Shown here: positions 48,417 to 55,970 of the stretch, in pieces
Layout: every line of letters begins with the position of its first letter
How positions within the stretch are numbered: position 1 is the stretch's first letter
Origin: an uncultured Acidobacteriota bacterium
GTDB lineage: Bacteria > Acidobacteriota > Vicinamibacteria > Vicinamibacterales > UBA2999
NCBI GenBank assembly: GCA_963807105.1
Contig: CAWEAM010000003.1
Location: 1,280,529 to 1,344,528 of the forward strand
DNA: 64,000 nt
Direction: 5' to 3'
Translations under genes and position numbers: made by a program
The notes under the pieces: model-generated
Database searches by the model: none
Seen by the model: only the letters and a program-made list of their open reading frames with translations
What the model was told of the DNA's origin: nothing

Positions 48417-48438
48417 CAGGGGAAGGCAGAACCGATCG

Positions 48439-49557
48439 ATGTTTCGTACCTTTGCCATCCCCCTGAGCTGGACCGAGCTGGTCAAGCGTACGGCCCACGA
48501 GACCAGTCAAGACAACGTGCTTGGCCTCTCGGCGCAGCTCGCCTACTACTTTCTGCTCGCGTTGGTGCCGGCGATCGTTTCGGTCGCCGCATTCGCCAGC
48601 TTCCTTCCCGGCGATACCATGCAACGCGTGCTCGACGCGTCTTCGGGCGTGCTGCCGACGGAGATGGTCAACATCGTGCGCGAGCAGTTGCAGAACGTCT
48701 CCGGACGCGCCAACGGTGGTCTGTTCACGTTCGGCCTGCTGATGGCGCTCTGGAGTAGTTCGGCGGCGATCGTCAGCATCTGCGACGCACTCAATCGCGC
48801 CTACGATATCGAGGAAGGACGGCCGTGGTGGAAAGTGCGCCTCACCGCGATTGCGCTCACGCTCGGGATCGCCGTCTTCGCTGTCGCGGCGTTCGCGCTC
48901 GTGATGATCGGGCCGACCCTGGCTGAACGGATTGCGGCGCAGTTGGGGCTCGGGCCGGCGTTCGCAACAGCATGGAAGATCAGCCAGTGGCCGGTTGTCT
49001 TCGGACTCGTCGCGCTTGGCATCGGGCTGCTCAACTATTTTGGTCCCGACGCCGAGCAGGATTGGGAATGGATCACGCCGGGCGCGCTGCTCGCGACCGC
49101 GCTCTGGCTCGTGGCTTCGATCGGGTTCAAGGTCTACGTGACGAGGTTCTCGGACTATAACGCCACCTACGGATCGCTCGGCGGCGTGATCGTCCTGATG
49201 CTGTGGTTCTACATCTCCGGCCTCGCCATCCTGGTTGGTGCGGAGATGAATGCCGAGATTGAGCACGCGTCGCCGCATGGCAAAGATCCGGGCGAGAAAG
49301 TGCCAGGACAGAAAAAGAAGCTCGGTGCCGCCGCCGCGCGCGCCTACGAGGCGATGATCAAGAACAGGCGCCCGGTTACGCCGGTGTTACCGGATCTCTC
49401 GCCGCAGACCAGGCGCCGCGTGGCCACTGTGACTGCCTACAGCGCAATCGCCCTCGATGTGGTCCGATCGCTGCTGCGCTCGGACCGCACGTCGGACACA
49501 CACCGCATCGAGCCGCGCGAGACCACACAGGGAAACGAGCATCGCATCGGCAGGTGA
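48439..49557 (+). CDS. YihY/BrkB-family membrane protein
   Basis: VLGLSAQLAYYFLLALVPAIV, GGLFTFGLLMALWSSSAAIVSICDALNRAY, YGSLGGVIVLMLWFYISGLAILVGAEMNAEIE. Confidence 0.85.
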   Translation: MFRTFAIPLSWTELVKRTAHETSQDNVLGLSAQLAYYFLLALVPAIVSVAAFASFLPGDTMQRVLDASSGVLPTEMVNIVREQLQNVSGRANGGLFTFGLLMALWSSSAAIVSICDALNRAYDIEEGRPWWKVRLTAIALTLGIAVFAVAAFALVMIGPTLAERIAAQLGLGPAFATAWKISQWPVVFGLVALGIGLLNYFGPDAEQDWEWITPGALLATALWLVASIGFKVYVTRFSDYNATYGSLGGVIVLMLWFYISGLAILVGAEMNAEIEHASPHGKDPGEKVPGQKKKLGAAAARAYEAMIKNRRPVTPVLPDLSPQTRRRVATVTAYSAIALDVVRSLLRSDRTSDTHRIEPRETTQGNEHRIGR

Positions 49558-49625
49558 CGGTATCTTGCCTCAGAGCGTCAAAAATCAAATCCGCAAGCAA
49601 TCACAGCGATCGCGCGGAGGACAAC

Positions 49626-50731
49626 GTGGCAGGAGCACAACGCATCATTCGATATGCGGTCGTCGGTCTCGGGCACATCGCACAGGTCGCCGTGATTCCG
49701 GCGTTCGCCCATGCCCGGCGCAACTCTCGATTGGTCGCGATTGTCAGTGGGGATCGTACGAAGCGCCGGGAGATTGTCCAGCGGTATCGCCTCGAACATG
49801 CGTTCGCCTACGAGGATTTCGACGAGTGCCTTCGAGCGGTGGATGCGGTGTATCTCGCACTGCCGAACTCCATGCATGCGGAGTACACCATTCGGGCGGC
49901 GCGAGCGGGAGTTCACGTGCTGTGCGAAAAACCCATGGCGGTGACGGCGGGCGAGTGTCGGCAGATGATCGACGCCTGTCGGAGGGGAAACGTCAAGCTG
50001 ATGATCGCGTACCGCTTGCACTTCGAAGCGATCAACCTCGCGGCGATCGACCTTGCGCGTAGTGGACGGCTCGGTGAGCTCAAGTTCTTCAATTCATCGT
50101 TCTCGATGAGGGTCAGGCGCGGAGACATTCGAACCAAGCGTGCATATGGTGGAGGCACGCTCTACGACATCGGCGTCTATTGCATCAACGCGGCACGTAA
50201 CCTGTTTCGGGCAGAGCCGACGCAGGTCTCCGCCATTTCAATCAATAGTGGTGTCGCGACGTTGTCAGAGATTGACGAAACCACCGCCGCCACGCTCCGC
50301 TTTGGGGATGACCGCATCGCCACGTTCGTCACGAGCTTCAATGCAGCCGATGTCGCATCCTATCGCATCGTTGGGACGAAAGGCGATCTCCACGCGGACC
50401 CGGCCTACGAGTACGCCGAGGGACTGGATACGCGGTGACAATCGATGGCCGAACCACTCGAAAGAAGATCGGCAAGCGCGATCAATTCGCTCCGCAGCTG
50501 ATCTACTTCTCGGATTGCATCATCAACGACCGACAGCCAGAACCGTCGGGCGAGGAAGGGATGCAAGACGTCAGAATCGTGGAGGCGCTCTATCAGTCAG
50601 CGAAAACCGAAAAACCGGTTTCACTGCGGCGATTCGCAAAGCGCCAGCGTCCAACCGGGCGGCAACGCATTTCACGCCCCGGTGCCAAGAAGCCAACGCT
50701 GATCAAGGTGCAGAGCGCAAGTCAAGATTGA
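49626..50731 (+). CDS. Gfo/Idh/MocA-family oxidoreductase, frame broken near 50428
   Basis: GTG 49626 after ggagga. IRYAVVGLGHIAQVAVIPAF (Rossmann fold), VLCEKPMAV. ..PAYEYAEGL continues in the -1 frame as (D/E)YAVTIDGRTTRKKIGKRDQFAPQLIYFSDCIINDRQPEPSGEEGMQDVRIVEALYQSA (ORF 50435..50731). Confidence 0.8.
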
Positions 50732-51189
50732 AGGCCGGGGCAGTTGCGGTTCGGACAAAGCCATCTCCGTCGAACGGCGTTCTCTCCGTCCTGCAAGGAT
50801 ACGGGGAACCGCGTCCACAACGCGGCCTCCTTGGTGGGGCGCCATCCTACACCCGTCAGCCGCCGGCTTTGTTGTCGGTAATTGGCCTCTGGCGCGGGTC
50901 GTCCCTTCCGGCCTCCCTGTCCGGCCTCCCCGCCATCGAGTCGTCCAGGCCGACAAGTCCTTGCCGGCCGGCTTCGGGTCGATGGAGGCCGGTGGCAGGG
51001 CCTCGCCGTCGGGCCGCGTGCCCGGTTCCCGAGGAGGGGCGCCCATGCCCGGCGTTTCGCCGTGTTTCGGTGTCGCCGGGGCCTCTTTCTCTCCGGCGTG
51101 CGGGGCCGGGCTGTTCGTCTGGTTGTCCATGCGTCAAGTCGCGCAAGGAAGGTGCCGCGCCGCCGGACGCCTGCAGAAAATCGCGTTTC

Positions 51190-51471
51190 CCGCGGCCGCG
51201 ACGAGCCGTCCTCCAGCCCGCCTCGTCCGAACTCCCGAAACCGCCCGACCCATTTGGCCACCGTGCGCACGCTCACGCCGTAGCCGTCCGCCACCGCTTG
51301 ATAGCTCCATCGATCGTGCAGGACCCGGCGTACCAGCGCGAGCCGGGAAACAGGCGTGGTCTTCGCATTACGATGAAGCTTCATCCGGGGCCTCCTCTGA
51401 TCGGAACGGCTGTGTCGCAACACCATTCTTTTCAGAGCGCTCCGGATGAACAACGTGTTTAGCAAAGACAC
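51190..51471 (-). mobile_element. IS481-family transposase remnant (5' end plus N-terminal HTH only)
   Basis: ATG 51384 with ggagg upstream. MKLHRNAKTTPVSRLALVRRVLHDRWSYQAVADGYGVSVRTVAKWVGRFREFGRGGLEDGSSRP is the IS481-type N-terminal HTH. Downstream translations in all frames lack a DDE domain. The AT-richer 51385-51471 could be the element end. Confidence 0.6.
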
Positions 51472-51735
51472 CTAGTCGCTGTCGAATCGAATGCCGAGTA
51501 GGCGACCCGTATCGCCCGCGGCATCGGTCAGCCGCAATCTCACAAACGACTCGAAATCGAACTCCTCCTGAAATTCCTCGTGCGGAACCATATCTGAGTT
51601 CATCGTGCAGATGTACCGGAAGCCCAGCGCTCCGACTTCGGCTGCCGCAAGCTGTAAGGCTAGTGCCCGTTGTCGAACCAGGACACAGCCGGCCGACTTG
51701 AACAGCGCCGGCCGGCTGCGTGCATCGATGGGCGC
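51472..51735 (-). pseudogene. C-terminal fragment of a DUF2326-like (SMC/ABC-type, defence-island-associated) ATPase
   Basis: ..LFKSAGCVLVRQRALALQLAAAEVGALGFRYICTMNSDMVPHEEFQEEFDFESFVRLRLTDAAGDTGRLLGIRFDSD-stop resembles, from memory, the C-terminal end ..LF.GVDERQ.A.AL.LA....LGFQYI.T.NSD..P.. of that family. No N-terminal part. It is read through from the oxidoreductase only because of the frame break at ~51771. Confidence 0.35.
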
Positions 51736-51742
51736 GTGTCGC

Positions 51743-52659
51743 TCACGGACGAACGCGGATGATCGTCTTCCCTTGATCCGCGCGGTCGGGTTGAATGCGG
51801 CGACGGCGTCGTCGAGGGTCGAGACCTTGCCGATGTTCGTCCGCAGTCGTCCGTCCCGCACCCGTTGGACGATCTCACTCAGTTGGGCACGATCGGACTC
51901 GACAACGAAGTCGACCGCTAGGCCGTCGGCGGGCCGCGCCTCGGGCGGCCCGACGATGGACACCAGTGTTCCTCCGGCTCGAATCAGGCCTGCGGACCGC
52001 TTCCCGATGTCGCCGCCGATGACATCGAACACCAGATCGACTCCGCCGACGTCTTCGAGGACGTCGTTCTCGAGATCGACGAACTCCTTCGCGCCGAAGT
52101 CGAGCACCGTCTGACGGTCGGCACCGCGTCCGGTGCCGATGACGTAGGCGCCGGCCTCTCGTGCGAGTTGCGTCACCATCGACCCGACGGCGCCGGCCGC
52201 GCCGTGCACGAGGATGCTCTGCCCCGCCTGAAGGCGACCGTGCTCGAACAGTCCCTGCCACGCGGTCAGGCCCGAGATCGGCAGGCTCGCGCCCACCGTG
52301 AAGTCGACGTCGCCCGGCAGCGGCGCGAGGTTGCGTGCCTCGACGGCCGCGTACTCCGCCAGGGTGCCGTCGCGAGTCCAGTCCGTGAGGCCGAACACCC
52401 GCTGTCCCACCGACAGCCCCTTCGTGCCATAGCCGAGGGCGGTGACCACTCCGGCCAGCTCGTGCCCGGGAATTGACGGTGTTCGGTCACGGTCGAGGCG
52501 ATCGGTCCAGGTCGAGGGCCACGCCAGCTCAGTCGGGACGAACCCCGACGCATGAACCCGAACGACGACGTCTTTGATCGCTGCCTGCGGCTCGGGCCGC
52601 TCCACCAGCGTCATCCCGGCCGTTCCCGCAGCCTGGTCCGTCACCACGATCGCCTTCAC
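51743..52659 (-). CDS. NADPH:quinone oxidoreductase (MDR/zeta-crystallin family), frame broken near 51770-51773
   Basis: GTG 52659 after gggagg. VKAIVVTDQ.., PGHELAGVV, ILVHGAAGAVGSMVTQLA. Adding one base in aa[ggg]aag restores the canonical end ..RIKGKTIIRVRP-stop at 51743. As assembled, the ORF runs on to 51472. Confidence 0.85.
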
Positions 52660-52880
52660 CGTACGCCTCCCTGTGTCGAGTCCTCGCCTGCACTGCTGCC
52701 GATCCACCCCGTGTCCCAGGACGGGTTATCGGACAGAAACGGATCGATCAGGATCTTGGCCCGGAACTCGTCTCGCAGGAAATTGGATTTGGGTGCCGGG
52801 TTCTTCGCGCAGCATGTGAGCGTTGCGATACCGCTTTCGCGGTCGCTTGGCGCGCTGACGTTAGTCGCACCGCTTCTCAA
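52656..52880 (-). CDS. 74-aa hypothetical ORF coupled to the oxidoreductase start
   Basis: Stop TGA overlaps the oxidoreductase GTG (GTGA at 52656-52659). Unbiased composition (..CAKNPAPKSNFLRDEFRAKILIDPFLSDNPSWDTGWIG..). No family recognised. Confidence 0.3.
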   Translation of the reverse strand: MRSGATNVSAPSDRESGIATLTCCAKNPAPKSNFLRDEFRAKILIDPFLSDNPSWDTGWIGSSAGEDSTQGGVR

Positions 52881-52933
52881 CAGGTAGGCCGCGTCCCGTT
52901 GTCAGAAGAGACGACAGTTTGTAGATTGGACAT

Positions 52934-53371
52934 ATGGCGCTTAAACGGATGGACAACGTAGGAATCGTCGTCGATGACCTTGCGGCGACGATTGAGTTCT
53001 TTCGCGAGCTCGGCCTTGAGCTCGAAGGGCGAGCCACAATAGAAGGAGAATGGGCCGGACGTGTCACTGGACTGCGCGATCAACGCGTCGAGATCGCGAT
53101 GATGCGCACGCCGGACGGCCACGGCCGGCTCGAGCTCTCCCGCTTTCTCACGCCGGCCACCGTTGCGGATCACCGAAACGCCCCGGTGAACGCTCTAGGC
53201 TACCTGCGCGTCATGTTCGCCGTGGACGACATCGACGAGACGCTCGAGAGGATCCGTAAGCGCGGAGCCCAGCTCGTAGGCGAGGTAGTCCGGTATAAAG
53301 ACGCGTATCGGCTCTGCTACATCCGCGGGCCTGAAGGGCTTCTCATCGGACTCGCCCAAGAACTCAGCTGA
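52934..53371 (+). CDS. VOC/glyoxalase-family protein
   Basis: MALKRMDNVGIVVDDLAATIEFFRELGLELEG..VEIAMMRTPDGHGRLELSRF..LRVMFAVDDIDETLERIRKRGAQLVGEVV. Confidence 0.85.
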   Translation: MALKRMDNVGIVVDDLAATIEFFRELGLELEGRATIEGEWAGRVTGLRDQRVEIAMMRTPDGHGRLELSRFLTPATVADHRNAPVNALGYLRVMFAVDDIDETLERIRKRGAQLVGEVVRYKDAYRLCYIRGPEGLLIGLAQELS

Positions 53372-53550
53372 GCCCCGGCACCACAGCGGGGTGGGCAGTC
53401 GTGCCGCAAGCCGTGGCCGATCTGATTGCAAGGCAGCCAACAGCGTCGCTCTCGCGACGCGTTAGCAGACGTGGCCCAGGTCGAGGGGCCGTGAACAGTC
53501 ACATGGGAGCGCTCGCCCTTAGGCTGCACGGATAAGCCAGTTGCGGAAAT

Positions 53551-53569
53551 CGTCCCTAACACCCAGCCA
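53551..53569. repeat. 19-nt direct repeat, copy 1
   Basis: cgtccctaacacccagcca is identical to 55883..55901. The flanks are also similar (gcggaaat vs gcgcgaattc). Confidence 0.8.
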
Positions 53570-53716
53570 CACTTCTTCAAGGCTTTGAATCGAAGGCACT
53601 TACCCTTCCTATGATGATTCGGCTGTCCTCCGAGTCATGAAGATAGAAGGTGCGTTCAATTGCGCCGAACCCATCTCGTGTCAGCGTTTACCGCCGCCCG
53701 GTTTTGGTGATCGCGA

Positions 53717-53737
53717 GTTCGAATCCCAGGCGGGTCT
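53717..53737 (+). other. tRNA 3'-end-like fragment (T-loop to acceptor), not a functional tRNA
   Basis: GTTCGAATCCCAGGCGGGTCT has the canonical GTTCGAATC T-loop followed by stem and acceptor-length sequence. The 5' side (gcgag) cannot pair with cccag, and there is no CCA and no cloverleaf. Confidence 0.25.
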
Positions 53738-53863
53738 GACCCAGGCGCGTCATGCGCACGCTATGCCACGATCGCTCGTGCAACTGGATGCTGACCGTAA
53801 CAGCCCATGGTGAAAGTCAGACACGCCCTGCTCCCAGCGCGTGCCGACACGATCGACAGCCGC

Positions 53864-54349
53864 TCAGACCAAGGCAGTCCACGTGCGAATGGTGTCGTGA
53901 TGCTCCGCCCAGGCAGACCACGCACTCTGGGCCCACGCGTGCACCTTCTCGCGATGTTCGTCAGCTGAGGTGGCAACCTTGACGTCAACGACGGTGAGTT
54001 CCCCAAGCGAGCGAGGCGGCGTGAGCCACCCAAAGGGAATCCTGCCCTCCACTGCCGCCTTTAGGACTTGGTCTGCGTAGCTGTAAGGCGCGTGCTTCTC
54101 CAGGACCACGCACAGACTCATCAGGTGACCGCAAACTGACTGGATGGCGACTGGTGAGGGTCTCCCCGGATGCTGAACGGCATATGTATCCGCCGTAAAG
54201 CGTTGGACGTCTCGGAGGCCCGGATCGCTGAACTGGCGCGCGAGGATTTCACCGTACACGTGCCAGCAGCCGGGCGATGACTCCATGTACGGGTGCGTAG
54301 GTCCGCTCGTGTCCGGCACCAAGGCGCCGCAACTGAAACATTTAGTCAG
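53864..54349 (-). CDS. DUF5946-family protein, probable non-canonical (CTG) or lost start
   Basis: ..KCFSCGALVPDTSGPTHPYMESSPGCWHVYGEILARQFSDP..FTADTYAVQHPGRPSPVAIQSVCGHLMSLCVVLE..HAWAQSAWSAWAEHHDTIRTW matches the family. The conserved CxxC lies upstream of the first ATG/GTG/TTG (54322). The only plausible initiator in frame is CTG 54349. Confidence 0.7.
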   Translation of the reverse strand: MTKCFSCGALVPDTSGPTHPYMESSPGCWHVYGEILARQFSDPGLRDVQRFTADTYAVQHPGRPSPVAIQSVCGHLMSLCVVLEKHAPYSYADQVLKAAVEGRIPFGWLTPPRSLGELTVVDVKVATSADEHREKVHAWAQSAWSAWAEHHDTIRTWTALV

Positions 54350-54437
54350 ATCGATGACTATGTCCCCCTGAATGTCTACCGACGTCTGGTGTGCAGCCGC
54401 TGCGGCTCATGATCGAATCGCCATGGCGCGCGCCAGT

Positions 54438-55505
54438 CTATTTCGCATCGAACTGCTTGCCTCGGAAGAACGGAGGATCGACGTTTTGAAACCTGAACGG
54501 CAACGACTGGTCCTGAAACAGCCTTGGGCCTGACTGAAGTTGGTAATGCAAGTGTGGTCCGAATGCGTCGCCCGAGTTCCCCAACCGTCCAACTACCTGG
54601 CCCGTGAGGACCCGATCCCCGGCTTTGACGGTGACAGACCCCGGTTGCAGGTGCATCATGACGCTGTACTCGGAGTTGCCATGGTCGATGATCGCGCAAT
54701 TGCCGGCATACGCCATAACCGGGTCACGGAGCGGAAGGTACCAACTATTGACGTCAGGCTGCTCTCCCGGACGCGGGTTGGTGGGTACGTCATTGCGGGC
54801 GTAGATCACCGTTCCAGCCGCGGGCGCGAGGATCTCGCGGTCCCAGCCCGCATCCGATGCATTCTCGTTGGCATCGTTTAGTTGAGATGCGAAGTTAGAA
54901 TCCAGGCCGCGCATGTCTACGGCAAAAGCATTCCAAACGCCGCCGTGGCCGCCGTTCGTGATCCAGTCCTGCCCAACAACGCCCTTGCCACGAAAGGGAA
55001 GGGTGAGCGCTGTCTTCTGTTGGTAGTATCGAATAGGAATCCTCAACGTCTGCTCTGCCCGACGGCCCTTCACATCTGCGACTGTTAGCCGGACAACTGC
55101 GGAGTCAATCGCCAATGCTTGGGGATGGCGAAAGTAAAAACGAACGTCAAATGCTTCGGGCAGCGTAAACGCTCGCGTCGGCGACGCGAGTGGGGTGTTC
55201 GGTTCGATCTTGTAGCTTGTCCGCTTGATCTGCGCCAGCATTTCCGTCGCCCAATCCTGCGTCTCGACGATTGATCCGGCACTGAACAGTTCCACGCGGG
55301 CGGATATCGGGGTCAGCTCGCAATCCGTCGAACAAATCACCGCAGTGTTGAACACGAATGACGACGTTCTAGCGCCTCCTGGATCGTCGACTTTGTACAC
55401 AGTTGCCGGAACGACCTGTAGATGGAAGTCGGGCTGACTGGCCTGTGAAGGTGCGACAGCAGCTGAGGACGCGAACACAACCAAAAGCACCAGACCGCGA
55501 TTCAT
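54438..55505 (-). CDS. secreted M23-family metallopeptidase
   Basis: ATG 55505. Signal peptide MNRGLVLLVVFASSAAVAPSQA. C-terminal IIDHGNSEYSVMMHLQPGSVTVKAGDRVLTGQVVGRLGNSGDAFGPHLHYQL (HxxxD/HxH-type M23 core). Confidence 0.85.
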   Translation of the reverse strand: MNRGLVLLVVFASSAAVAPSQASQPDFHLQVVPATVYKVDDPGGARTSSFVFNTAVICSTDCELTPISARVELFSAGSIVETQDWATEMLAQIKRTSYKIEPNTPLASPTRAFTLPEAFDVRFYFRHPQALAIDSAVVRLTVADVKGRRAEQTLRIPIRYYQQKTALTLPFRGKGVVGQDWITNGGHGGVWNAFAVDMRGLDSNFASQLNDANENASDAGWDREILAPAAGTVIYARNDVPTNPRPGEQPDVNSWYLPLRDPVMAYAGNCAIIDHGNSEYSVMMHLQPGSVTVKAGDRVLTGQVVGRLGNSGDAFGPHLHYQLQSGPRLFQDQSLPFRFQNVDPPFFRGKQFDAK

Positions 55506-55832
55506 GTCAGCGCAACTCCTTGTGGTGCCAGACGCTGTTCTGGCCTCCGCATTCCTTCGTAAGCGATCCGATGTTGACACCGGTACTCGGAGCGTCTGCG
55601 GTGTGTGCAGGGCAGCGTCGGCGTAGCCGAGGGCCTGTTCGTAGACAATGTGCCCCTTCCGAGCGACGAGCGCATTGCCGTTGAAGATCCCTCTGGTGTG
55701 CGAGCGACGCATCAGTTGGTCGGTCCTGTCGACGTCAGGAAGCCGCAGCGCGAGCACCGACGCCGTCGTCAGGATTGCGGTGAGGCCCATCGAGGCCCAA
55801 ACGGAGATCGCCGTGCGCGGTGGGGTCCGCAT
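55506..55832 (-). pseudogene. 5' fragment of a beta-lactamase/PBP-type serine hydrolase
   Basis: The N-terminal extension of ORF 54438..55832 reads signal-like ..ISVWASMGLTAILTTASVLA, then IFNGNALVARKGHIVYEQALGYADAA (typical family N-terminus). The S-x-x-K motif (NIGSLTKE) appears at ~55555-55566, but in another frame. The fragment ends at the M23 start codon. Confidence 0.5.
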
Positions 55833-55882
55833 GCCCAGCTTAGACGGATCGGCGGAAACCGAGGTTTGCTCGGCGCGAATTC

Positions 55883-55901
55883 CGTCCCTAACACCCAGCC
55901 A
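55883..55901. repeat. 19-nt direct repeat, copy 2
   Basis: cgtccctaacacccagcca is identical to 53551..53569. Confidence 0.8.
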
Positions 55902-55970
55902 AGCTCAACGCAAGACACACCCGGCCCTGCTTGTATGAACGCAAGTGCGGGGAGAGACCTTTCAGGCCCA

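Noticed and set aside
50672-51190. ORFs in the GC-rich stretch downstream of the IS481 HTH, e.g. 50672..51130 (MDNQTNSPAPHAGEKEAP..), plus 50856..51146 and 50140..51462
   Set aside because: They are mutually overlapping Pro/Gly/Arg-rich low-complexity translations in several frames, with no DDE or other motifs. I cannot support any of them as a gene.
53590-53760. Short minus-strand peptides in the islet spacer (MTRLGQTRLGFELAITKTGRR-stop-..TRDGFGAIERTFYLHDSEDSRIIIGRV..) considered as a toxin-antitoxin or phage-gene remnant
   Set aside because: They are interrupted by a stop, lack an SD, and show no motif I can tie to RelE/BrnT/XRE families.
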